NCBI GenBank assembly: GCA_000708835.1
Contig: DF237077.1
Coordinates: forward strand, 1-64,000
Source: Klebsormidium nitens
Lineage: Eukaryota; Plantae; Klebsormidiophyceae
Length of the DNA: 64,000 nt
Reading direction: 5' to 3'
Part shown: in pieces, positions 52,986 to 64,000 of the stretch
Layout: the number at the start of each line of letters is the position of its first letter
Numbering within the stretch: position 1 is the stretch's first letter
Made by a program: the position numbers and the translations under genes
Notes under the pieces: model-generated
Told to the model about the DNA's origin: nothing
Seen by the model: the letters and a program-made list of their open reading frames with translations, nothing else
Databases searched by the model: none

Positions 52986-55733
52986 ATGAGTTTTCACAAC
53001 ATAACCGTAACTCAACATAATATCGAGAATACTGTCACTTACAACCATCTCCGCTGTCCGTTCCTTGACGTTCTCTCTGGCTTTCCCTCGTTCTTTTCTG
53101 CCGACTTTTTGTCAATCGGAAACCTTCGCTTTCTCCGCTCTCTAGATTCTCGTTTCTCGCCAAATCCTGACTCAGACAATCCTACCCTCGCAGCTCCGTT
53201 ATGCGATGCGATTGAACTCTGGCTCACCATAAACCTTCCAGATGTCCCCTTCGAGCACTGGTTCGGTACCATCATCTGAATCGAAGTTCAGCAACTGTAG
53301 CACTTTTCATTTAAACTTATGTTTGGACTCATGCTCAAACCGTCGTCCGAAGTCTGCGTTTGCTGTGCCGAATCACTTCTCTGCAGTGCTCCTTTGTAGA
53401 CTTGGTTCGGAACAATTACGCTGGACGTTTCTCAAGTGTCGAGCTTCCGGTTGCAATGATCCAAGCAGTTGCAGCGACAAAAGCGGGTCGAAGCGCGGAG
53501 CGGAAGTGCACGAGATGGAACTGACGGCGAACGCAATGAAGGACCATTTGCACGCGCTGACGGCAGCGATCAGCCGGATTGGATCCGTTGTGACGTCATC
53601 CAGAAGCTAAGGCTGAGGAGAAGGAGTCGGAATCGTCGAGAGCAGATGGAAAAGGACAGGAGGAACTCGGAGGGAACGAAGGAAGGAAGGGAGGGAAGAA
53701 CAGCGGATACGGGCCGCGGTGACGATGGGAGTGATCTGTAAGTGGAGCTGAGTTTGGTGACTTTCCCTTAAACGGAGTTAGAGTCCTTGGAATTTATAAA
53801 TGCTCTCAGAAAGGTCAGGTTTGCGGTGGTGTAATGGAGAACGGGATTAAGGGTTATTGGAGACTTTCGTTCTCTTCGAAGAGCTGTGGTCAAAGTCCCC
53901 CAGAGACGGGTCTGGACTGCGCAGCAAAGTCTACTTTACAGTTCGCCTTGGCGTTCCCTTTTGAGGAAGCTAAGTCAATGCAAATGCAGCTTCTCATCCA
54001 GAAAGATAGTGTGATGGCGTCTCCTCGCGCCGGCAAATTAAAAGCGGATCTGCACCGTGCAGAAATCTACATTTGCGAGACCCACGAGAAAGCGACTTCG
54101 CGGGCTCACGAAGCGTCCACGCGGCGCGTCGCGCCGATACGCAAGCTTTGCGCGCAGAACAAGGGTTGCGCGACCGCAGCCCTTCGCGAGAAGCCTGGTT
54201 TGCACGACGTCTTCCAAGTGGGGCCGCAGGAAGAGCGTCGCCCATGCATAGCGCGGCCATTTGGCATCGTGGGCCCAGATAAGAAGGACGAGCGAAGTAT
54301 AAAGGAGTCGTCCTCGGCGAGCACAAGTTGCGGTCCTCCTCTTTGAAGGAGAGCCGCCCGCGTCCGCCGGCACGGCGAGCGGCCGACGCCATTCCGGAAT
54401 ACCTGCGAGCCAAGTCGGGACTGCGACTCGTTGCTGCAGGTCGGCACGCGATTGTCGCTCTCGTCAGCCAAGTACAGACGCTGGTTTTTCTGCACGTCTA
54501 AGGTAGACCGGTCTGTCTACTTCAACCCGTGGCTTATCCACCCGTTCCGGGGCGCTCGAGTGGTGACTCTAGTGGTCTTGCTTTTCTAAGGTGTCAACCA
54601 GGAGGTTGAATATGCATACATTTTCGCCTCTGGTTTCTGATCAACCAGCGGAGCCTCACATTCCGGAAAGCTTTGCACCTATTCTTGGACTGTGGGAAAT
54701 CTGGGTCAAAGACTTGAAAGGTTGTTCGATAAAGGCTGGTACACATTGACGGCATCCGATGGGGACGGAGAGCATCGATCAGGATCAGCGGCAGCAGAGC
54801 AGCCACGTGTCGACCGGGGTTAGGCGCAGATAAGACGGAGAAGGTGCGTGTCTCTCTCGTGGTGGATATGCGGCTGGCGGCCCGAGGCAAGCTGGGAGCC
54901 TCTAAAGGGTTCCCCAGAGAGGATCTGCTGAGGGTTGCGCTGGAGAGTGCGCTGATGCGGAAGCTGGCGCAGCGCGCAAAGCTGCGCGAGATGCTTGCGG
55001 AAGCGAATGGCCAAGCGGCGTACGGTGTTGATAGGTTCCGGGGCTGAAGAAATTTTCCAGACGGAAAACGAGGAGGAAGATTGGTTATTAGAAAGACGAA
55101 GTACAAAGGGGCTGACGTTTTGCGTGACGATGAAAGGATACACAAAGCAGTGCGTTACGACTACGAGGGAGCAGATACTAAATTGGAAAATAGAGCGGTC
55201 ACTGAGTCGGCGGAAAGTGCAGGCGAGCCGGAGAGTAATTAAAGTGACGTGCAGAGCCCGATGATGGAGGACTGTGCACCATATGTTTTGGATTGAACCT
55301 GCTCGTTGGAGCAAGTATAGTCTCTCGTCATCACACATGTGCATCCCACGATTCTCATGTCGTCATGACTGTTGCTGGCATCCCACTCCTGCCTTTGCTG
55401 AGAACGGATTGTACACCTCCTTCGGACCCACGTCAGTTTCTCTTCACGAGATCGTAAGAAAAACCGACGCAATGATATCATGATCAATAGCTAAGGCTTG
55501 GACAGCAGTGGTGCAACTGATGCGTTGATATGTTGATACCCCGATATTCTGGTGATGGTGGCAGTTTACAGAGTATACCAAACTCTCCACTTTGAATCCG
55601 CAGATTGGAGTTCACCGGTTGCACAGAGTCCAGACACATGAACATGGGAGATAATAAAACACAAGGCCTCTAGAGGGGCATCACTCTGCATTATTGCCAA
55701 TTCATGTCCTTATCATGGCATGGAATTGAACCT

Positions 55734-55791
55734 GCCGCGCTTCCGTGTCAATGAAGTGACGAGCCGCGCTTCCGTGTCAATGAAGTGACGA
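55734..55791. repeat. Perfect 29-bp tandem duplication
   Basis: gccgcgcttccgtgtcaatgaagtgacga x2, downstream of the tectonin stop. Confidence 0.9.
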
Positions 55792-56007
55792 ACTGGACCA
55801 CTGGTCGCAATACGTGTAGGGCCACGGCCTTTATCGACTCAAAATTGGTCCGATTCAATGTGAATCCGAATCTTTTGTTGGGACGTTGCTCAGTTCTCTT
55901 CTCCTATTTTCAATCTCTGATTTGTATTACATTGCGGGCTGATCGCGAGCGTGCCTAGAGTAATCTCTCTTCCGGCTCTTACATCACTGTCAAAGCTGCG
56001 GCGCGGC

Positions 56008-58958
56008 TTAGGGGTGCGTGATGGTGTATTTCCAGATGCTGTCCTCGTGACTGGTTCCCCAGACTGAGTCGTAGCCGGAGTCGATGTTCCGGAGGCGGCC
56101 CTCCTTGGGGTCCCTGTGCCAGGCACCATCCTTGGAGTCGCTCAGCACCCAGCGGTAGATGACGTCGTTGGTGTCGACAGCCCACACGCCCATGACGCCA
56201 GTCGTCACCTGTAATATGTTTCGCGCGTGGGTGTCAAGTGAGGAATCGGAGCTTACAGAGCACCCGTAAATGGGCCCATACAAACCAGATACAAGGTCTT
56301 GTCGGACCTTTATCCTCTCTTCAAGTCGGACCTTTCGCAGTAAGAGCAGAAATAGGCAGAGGATGGCAGCAACGAGCGATTTCCTAGGCACACGGAAGGT
56401 TGTACGACTTTCACGCGACAGGCGCATGCGTATTCTGCCAAGTTTTACCCTCGAGGTGGGTGGAAGAATCAGAAGAGAAAGAATGGTTCGTGAAGATTTG
56501 GTCGACCCTCAACTTTCATTGTCGACCCATTACGTCGTTTGTCACAGGTTGGGCGAGCTCAACTCTCATTGTCAACCCATATTCCGCTCTATCCAGAACG
56601 AAAACTTCTAGCATTCATTAAAGAACGGGTCTCCAAACAAACAACCTAATGCCGGCAAAGAATATCGAGAAACGCTGAGAGAAGGGGACATACGGTGAGA
56701 TGAGATGAGAGTGTCTTACGTGCTTGATGATGTCCTGGCCACCAGGCCCGGGGACGTACACAAACTCGTTGTCAACGCGGCGGAAAACTTGCTTGGTGGC
56801 GTTGACACCCCACACGTCGCCAAAGTCGTTGGTGTCAATCTGCGCCAGCCTTCCGGGGACGACGTCCCAAAGTCCGGTGTCTGTGACTGGCTCTGCACAA
56901 ATTCCGATGATTCCGTTGATTTTGTGCATCATGGGCGGAAATCCACACTCATACCTGACGACAGTGCGCAGTCAAGCAGCGAAAGCTGTTTCGCGCTTGT
57001 GCAAGCGCTGCTAAAAGTCTTCAGTGAATACCAGTACGTTTGCAGTCGTACGTTCCTGAGTCGCTCGACTTCAAAACAGAAAATGTCACTGACTCGCCTG
57101 ACAATAACACATCCTGAAACCTTTGGATTGCGGAGGTGGAGATCCATTTCCGGAGCTGTTTGAGCTACTGCATGAGCAAGTGGGCTTTTGAAGCTATTTG
57201 GAAAAGCGAACTTGGAGATTCAGCTCCTTTAGGCACTTGACGGCGATTCAAGTTGCCAATCAAACCAAGTCGATTGGTCACAGGAGGCACTGCTTTTGAA
57301 GAGTGACAGCACGGTGCTTACTGTTGTTTCTCTTCCAGATCTGATCGTCCGCGCTGACACCCCACACCTCCTTCCCGGAGGCCACGTGCTTCAGCTTGCC
57401 AGCGACATTCTTCCACGTGGTCCCATCCCTGCAAATAGACAGCTAGATCAGTTGGCGAAGCTAAATGGTTCACCTGGTCATAGCTTCCCTGCAGAACCTG
57501 ACTCGAAATACCAGCTTGCACTATTGTCTGCAAAGACGTGTGCAACAAGGTTGCAACACCGGTGCAGTGTGCAATTGGCTTTTACCAGAAGGACCCGAAT
57601 CAATCTCAAGGAGCCAGACTGCCAAACCCTGGCGCCGTAGGGATCACTCACATGCAAGCGCAAAAGAATTCACGATTTAAGGTGATTAGTGTGTAAAAGT
57701 CCATCAAAACGAGTTACCATCGCTTCTGCAGATATGAACACAGGTTGGAACGTTTTTCGACAGGCAGCCCTCATGCACAAGCTTACAGAGATCCCCCAGA
57801 GATCAATTCTATAAGTGCTCCGAGTCTATCTAATGTTGCAGAGTCACGACATCTCACCAGTGCCAGACATCGTCGCTGGGGCTTACGCCCCAGTGGCCCT
57901 TGGCTCCGGTGGAGATCTGCTTCAACTTTCCTGTCGACTGGACTGCCCAATTGTTGTTCGTCCAGTGGTAGATATCATTCGTGACGGTTGTGCCAATAAG
58001 CGCACCCCCGTCCCCAATGCTGATAGTCCGGAGCTTCCCAGGGACGTTCTTCCACTCGACGGCGGCGGTCACAACGGAAGACTGCAGTAAGAGGAGGAAG
58101 GGCTGCTGTTGGATCGGGGGCTTGGACTTGCAGCGCATACTGAAGTTGTGGAAAACTTTTTGCATGCTCAATTGGTCATAGCCAGGTCGGGCGTAGGATG
58201 AAGAATGAAGGAGTCATAGCAAGTTGCTACCCCCGTCTGATGGAGTAAGTGGCATAGGTAAGCTTACAGAGGGGAGAGGTTTGCTGATTGATATTGAACA
58301 AAAATGCAGAAGATGCATCAGCTGATCCAAAGACAACAGACGATGAGAGAGCACTTCCAAAGAAGTCATTGAGGCCAAGGCTTCCCGAACCATCAGGAAA
58401 CGATTGGGGATCAGCTGATCTCAACGTGACCACAGGGATTGCGTTAGGTCCTTAAGTGATAGCTACGTCACCTTCTCAAACATGAGAGAGTTGAGCAAAA
58501 CCAGATTCCAGATCTAAAGCTGGGAATATATCTATGTGCTGACAATCACTTCATGAGAGCTGAGAGCAGTACTCAGGTGCACACCTTGACACAAACATGC
58601 AGTTGACATATGACTGTTGCTGTCTTCGTCAGCTCTGAATGACCCAACTAATCTGGGTAGTCCCTCAGAGGGAAGCGTTCCTCAAAAGTCAAATACAACG
58701 ATCTTGTCTTGAACAGCTGCAGATCTCACGCTGACAGATATAAAGCATGAGGATCACGTCAGCACCAGCATTAAAAGTTCGGTGACTTACCCTGGCCTTC
58801 AGCTGTTGTGCGGGCGCCTTGGGAGCAGCCAGCTTGCGGCCAAAGATGGGGGACGCAAGCTGCAGGGGGGTAGACTTGGCGCCGAAAGCGCTGGGGGATT
58901 CGGAGAGCATCTGGCTGCTGAGCGCAGCCCGGGTGGTCAGAGCTGCAGAGGAAGCCAT
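56008..58958 (-). CDS. Six-repeat tectonin-type beta-propeller (lectin-like) with N-terminal plastid transit-peptide-like leader
   Basis: Exon 58791-58958 (MASSAALTTRAALSS...QQLKAR) splices in phase to 58081 (SSVVTAAVEWKNVPGKLRTISIG). Repeats of the W..V.G.L..I..G...VWGV...D.I.R type lie at ~58060, 57960, 57400, 56870, 56760/56200 and 56110. Stop at 56008-56010. Confidence 0.8.
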
Positions 58959-59590
58959 GGTGTCAGGCAATGAGAGGCGGCTTGGCTGATCGAATGTGGA
59001 TTGGGAATGTGCTTGGCAATTGAGGAGCGGAATGCGGATCTGAAGAATGAGCTTTTCTCATGACGTTTAAATACCTGCTTGTGCACTGCAGGGTCGGCCC
59101 TAGATCTCCTACGGTGCCCTGAGTCTGCTCAAGTTCAACTGATCTACCTCAGATTGTACGTGCTGAGAACCAGTACCGGCGCCAACCTGCTGGTCGGGCA
59201 AACGGCCCCTCACTCCCATTTAACTAAGTTGTCTAGTGTCTCCTGTCTTTCCGCTGAAGCTGAGAGACTCAATAGGAAAACTCATTCTACTTCGTTCTAC
59301 TGCAGGTTCTGCAGCTTGTAACGGTTGCCATAGACTTAAATGGTCCAAAGTAGTATCTAGGCGCACCCAATATGCTAGCAGGGCAGCTGCTCAGATACAT
59401 CTGCGATCATGGGCAGGCTTGTCGGTTAAACAATATACCTAGGATGACATTGACACAAGGTATGCACATGCAAACCTAAGTGTCTTCAAGGCAATCCGTG
59501 ACGGCCGTTAACTACTGTAGGTGACCGGGCGCCGGTAAAGCCATATCAGGTCACAGGTGTAATCGGAGTCAGTAGGTAGCTGCTGCTACG

Positions 59591-59870
59591 GTACTAGGAT
59601 TCCTAGGTGCTGTAATACTAATTAATGCTACAACACCTACCGTACAACCCGCGTAGTACCTACCTATTGCGGGCTGCTCATAGTACTTGTATAGAGGTAC
59701 ATGAGTACCTATCACGTACTACCTATTTAGTACCGGTCGGGTAATCCTTCGGAGTCCGGACGACCGTAGTAGGTACCTGAACTTACGGTCGCTGTGGGTA
59801 CACGTCGACCAACTACCTAATACGGTAGTAACATTTGTACGACTGTACACGTCGCGTACCGTAGCTCATA
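59591..59870. other. GTAC/TAC-dense non-coding segment (probable decayed repeat)
   Basis: 13 GTAC sites counted by eye in ~280 bp. It shares the 11-mer tagtacctacc with 14600-14610. Confidence 0.4.
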
Positions 59871-62009
59871 ATATCAGGTGTCGTAATACCGGCATAATGA
59901 TTGGGTCGAGATCGTCAAAATCCGCTGCATCATTTAGGTGACAGGTCGCCTCTGCATTATCGCCCGGTCGGCATTTGCCATTCATGATTCCGAGCTACTA
60001 CCTATGCGCAATGCAGCGGCGGCCAGGCTGCAGCTAGCAGGAGCCTGGAGGGCTGTAGGCAGAGCTGTAGGCTCCTAGGCAGCTGTTGCACACATGGACC
60101 ATCGAAGTTTGAAGTCATGATGAGGTAACCACGTCACTGGGACGGGTAGTGTTAATTTGGTGGTAATAGGCCCCTGGGCATAGGTGCGGACTCACCGCGG
60201 AGCAGGTACCTAGTATATTTTGCAGGGTTAGGGTTTCTAGTCATAGCTCGCCGGAGCATATCAAATCTTCACCTCTTGTTATCTTTCCTGAGTTTCATGT
60301 AAATGGCCCAGGCCCCAGGGAGAGTACCAGATTCGATTTCAGGCCCCGTATGTTTCGGGCAGCTTGACTGCGATATTGAGCTGCTGTCTCAGACTTCAGT
60401 CCGCAGCGCGTATGCTAACGACCGTCGTAGGTACAGCTGTGCTTTTAGGAAGTGCCGGAGACGTACTTGTACGGAGTGCCACTCCTTAGAAACGGCGAAC
60501 CTCACCAAATCATCTTTTCCGATTGCCTTGCGGGGAATAACCTCACCCAGAAGTCGGAACCGTTACATTACGAGTTCTCTAGCCTGCACATGAGCGCAGT
60601 GGCTGCAGTGGGCCAGAGTCCAAAGTCCAAACAGCTGGCCGCACATGTTCGAGTAACTTCAGCAGGTCGTAAGACTTGACTATTCACTAGATAGTAGGGC
60701 CGGGTACTGCCAACTTAGTGCCAACAGTTATGGCCGGCATGTTCTGCACAGAAGAACCTGAGAGGGATAAAGTAAACCACAAACTTGAAGGTGACGTTGA
60801 AGGTGCTGAATGATGATGAAGTGCGAGGTTTGGACTCTGGAGTAGGCTCGGCCAGTCAAAGTACGGTACTTGGTCCAATTTGAACAAAGCACATTGTTCT
60901 ACTGCAGTATGGTTTGATTTGATACTTATTATCGTTACGGCCGCTTGCGCTGCTTTAGAACAGGCCCAATACTTTGAATAGGATGGTCTCGATGTGCACC
61001 TGTGAAGTGAAAGACATAGCAACTTGCTGTAAAAAACTTGTAAGCTTATGTAGAGCTGGCAAGGTCGTCACCGTACCCCCACCGTACCGTCCTGATTAGC
61101 TCGAGTGCATGTGCCGCATTGCATTTTTCGTACGCATGTTGGTTGCTGTAGAGCAAATGAACTATCTTGTTCCCATGCAAATGGATAGCCATCTTAGCAC
61201 GTAAGATCAGTTGATTTGAAGTGTTTGCGACCGGCACCCCGGAGCCGCCAGGTTGCTATTGATGACTAAAAAGAAAAATCAGAATCCAATACCACATGCT
61301 TGGCAAATACCTGGCCTGACCTTTGCAGGAAACGTGCAACTTAGAGCTAGATAGGCTCGCTCATGCATGATCATTCAAATTTTAAGATGATGAGCCCGAT
61401 TCTGTATCAAGCTTATACGGCCGTAAGCTTGCCAGCTGCTCGAAGCACGGCATATGACGGTTGGCACGGCACTCATGCCATGGGCAGGCCTCTGCATGAA
61501 GCTGGCCGCGCTGCGCTCCAATGCACTATATAAGCGGGCCCAGAAACAGCATTGATGGCCAGGTTATGGTGGCAGGCTATAACCTCGACCGACACTTAAC
61601 CAATCGTCAATACCATCTGGCATTCATGGATTCGTAAAGGTACGCGTGAAAAGCAGTTCTCCCGGAGTCCCACATTGAATCGTTCGTTTGCAAATTTGTC
61701 AAGGATGATGCTTTTGGCTCCGTACTCCTTGCAAATGAGTAGATCCTTGAATCTGCACGAGTTAAATGATCCCATATGTAACATTCTTTCTGAGTGTTAA
61801 GTCATCACACCGTACTTCAGCTACAATTGCTCGACTGGCCTTCCCTAAAGACCATGCTTTGCAAAGAATGATAGTCTATTGTCCTCCAGGCTGATTGCAG
61901 GGTGCACTCGTATCACCTCTTTGATTGCTGTTGACACTGACCAGCTAATGACTATCGGCTTTGACAAAGGACCTGAAATGGCCGGGAACTGCACATAATT
62001 TGCAAGCTA

Positions 62010-63699
62010 CTATCCTGTTCCTTGCGTGAGGGGAACGCTCCCGCGCACGTCGACATATAGCTCAGCATCCTGCTGCGTGAGGCCAGCTGACGTCAGGCCG
62101 TTCACGAGGGCCTGCTTGTACGTTTCTGACGGGGGCCGCGTACTAAATGCTCCGTTCAGAAACTCACCGGCGTAGTCTTCCGAGCAACTGCAGTGGAACG
62201 TAGAGACGAATCGTTATCGGGAATGGACCGGACCTTGTTTTTGTGAGACATCGTGCAACCCTGACATGCCTCCGCAAGACTGGCAGCTCGTCGAATTGTG
62301 AAGAAAGGGATGGACAGGAAGGTTACTGATGGGGCGGCGTATTCAATGCTCCGGCTCAGGAATCTCCGCGTAGTTTGCCGAGCGGCTACGACTCTTAAAT
62401 GGGAGTCGGCACTCCCTTCTGCTAGGAATTGGCACTATGCCTCCATACGACTTGCAGCACGTCATAACGAGGCGGAGGAAAGGCGAGAATCCAAAGGATC
62501 AGTGGCAATCCGCCGGACGAGAGAGCGCGCCGGACGAACGTTTACTTGGTCATGGTGGTAAGAACAAAACTGGGCGGTGATCCACAAAAGAATAGATCAG
62601 AAAGAGATCGCTGCTCACGTGAATGTTAGAACGGGTTCCCCGGCATGGTCTCCGAGATAGAGGATGTTGCCATACCACCGGTCCTGGAACAAGAAAGTGC
62701 AGCGATCAACATTCTGAAGCACCATCAAGGCAAAGTCAGGCCCGAGAGTGCGAGCACAAGGTACATGCAATATGAGTTTCCCAGGGATTCAACCATTCGG
62801 CAAGCGCTTGTCACGACGTGAACTTGACATTTAGAAACCAGATGTGGGCGAAGGGTTCTCCCTGATTGCGTTCTCGTCGCATTGTCAATCACCACTCCGT
62901 TCGAGATCCTCAGCTGGATTGCAGGGACCGCCGCTAGGCATGATTGGATGGCTCGAAGCAGCCGCTTTCCCCTCTCATACCCTTCCCTTTCCCGCCAATC
63001 TCTGCAGAGTGACCCTCACCTGCAGGGAAGCCAGGCCGGGCGGCGACGCGTTTCCCGAGCGCAGCTCCGGCAGGTCTGCTGCAGCTATGAATGGTGTCGC
63101 CACGTCAGAAGGAAGTATCCGGTTCTCCTGCGCTACCACTTGGTTGAACTGCTCCAGCCTGGAAACACGAAAACGGACTCACGTTTCGTGAGCACGTAGA
63201 CGCAGAAACAGCAGCGTCCAGACGAAAGCGACCCGCGGAAACCAGGGGACTCACTTCTGCATACACGGCCAGTCTCTCTTCCAAGTTGCTTACAGCGTGA
63301 CTTCTGCCGGTAGTCCGTACTCTGCAAATCAAAGACAAACCGGACCAAAGAACTTGCTTCCATGAATCAAAGGAGAAGACAGAAGAGGGGGGGTGCACAT
63401 AGTTTACGCCGTCTCTTCTCCACTACTGAAAACTGTCCCGACTTTACCCATCGACGAAACAGGGCCCATCGCAAGATGCAGTCGCAAGATTCCGCTCACG
63501 TGATCCGGTAGGCCCGCAGGATCGCCGTCGATTCCGCCCCCGGCATATTGTACGGCAGCAGGAAGGCCACACCGCCATCGCCCCACCGCGCAGTCGACTT
63601 GTGGCCAAAGAAGAGCCGTCGGCGGACCAGGAATGTCTCTTTGGCGGTCGGCGGAGCTGGGTCCGTCGTGCCAGCGCAGGCCGTACCCATGATGTTGAG
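62010..63699 (-). CDS. 3' part of a gene encoding the plant HDA5 C-terminal-type (gamma-glutamylcyclotransferase-like) domain; the 5' end lies beyond the window. Exons 63500-63699, 63020-63158, 62619-62683, 62010-62187
   Basis: The spliced product is CAGTTDPAPP...RRLFFGHKSTARWGDGGVAFLLP...RAYRIT|LEQFNQVVAQEN...LQ|DRWYGNILYLGDHAGEPVLTFT|CSEDYAGEFLNGAFSTRPPSETYKQALVNGL...DAELYV. This matches the remembered plant motif series HRLFFG..S..WG.GGVAFL / YRITLEQFNDV..QEN / WY.N..YLG. All junctions are GT-AG and in phase. Confidence 0.75.
62322..62392 (-). repeat. Intronic degenerate copy of the acceptor and first ~65 nt of the last exon of the HDA5-C-like gene
   Basis: Minus strand gtagCCGCTCGGCAAACTACGCGGAGATTCCTGAGCCGGAGCATTGAATACGCCGCCCCATCAGTAAC versus the real gcagTTGCTCGGAAGACTACGCCGGTGAGTTTCTGAACGGAGCATTTAGTACGCGGCCCCCGTCAGAAAC (62187 downward). 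Confidence 0.8.
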
Positions 63700-63764
63700 C
63701 TGCAGCCACAGGGTATTGAAGTGGTTGTGACAGCCATTATGGCCAAGCATAATAAGCCACCTTC

Positions 63765-63830
63765 CGGGAACGGGTGGGGTTAGTATTGGAGTTCAGGGTG
63801 GGCACCGGTGCGGAGCAGGTGTTGGAACAA
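63765..63830 (-). repeat. Dispersed repeat copy (inverted) in an intron of the HDA5-C-like gene
   Basis: Minus strand acctgctccgcaccggtgcccaccctgaactccaatactaaccccacccgttcccgg, closely matching 52925-52985. Confidence 0.65.
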
Positions 63831-64000
63831 ATGTCAATATCAGCTTTGTCTTGATGTAACTTGCTCTTTCATTACTCTTTCCAGAAAATCATGGTTGTTA
63901 GCCAGCTTGATCAGAAGACCGCGCAACGTACTTTGAGGATTCCCCCCTGCCATGGTGATATCTTTCCGACTCTGTAAGCACGGGCTTGCCACTTGTCCAG

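Noticed and set aside
53560-53620. DWIRCD, reminiscent of a zf-CW start
   Set aside because: The second Cys and the KWR motif are absent, and there is no supporting frame.
58227-58433. Minus ORF inside the tectonin locus
   Set aside because: Exon 1 splices in phase directly to 58081 with a good cleavage context, so this segment is most simply intronic.
62833-62916. Candidate extra exon LRISNGVVIDNATR in the HDA5-C-like gene
   Set aside because: The domain reads contiguously without it (LQ|DRWYGN).

Overview
Eukaryotic nuclear DNA, gene-dense and intron-rich, with GT-AG introns of about 0.2-0.9 kb and GC3-rich exons. The plant-type gene set and plastid transit-peptide-like leaders point to a streptophyte green alga, Klebsormidium-like (inference). 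I assembled ten multi-exon genes by hand from splice sites and reading-frame phase. They are an ASHR2-type SET/MYND methyltransferase (-), VPS50/syndetin (+), an Aurora-like kinase (+), an SPP-family GxGD protease with a long N-terminal leader (-), a VCPIP1-like OTU deubiquitinase fused in frame to an E2/UBC fold lacking its catalytic Cys (+), RAE1 (-), a CUE-F-box-LRR protein (-), a conserved plant protein of unknown function (+), a TLDc protein (-) and a six-repeat tectonin beta-propeller with a plastid-type transit peptide (-). An eleventh, partial gene encodes an HDA5 C-terminal-domain-like protein (-) and runs off the right edge. The most unusual items are the OTU + pseudo-E2 fusion (with acylation, endocytic and calmodulin-type motifs), the apparently plastid-targeted tectonin, and introns that carry degenerate copies of the neighbouring 3' splice site plus exon start. 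No rRNA, tRNA, CRISPR array or intact transposase was seen. Family assignments come from motif recognition and memory, not database searches.
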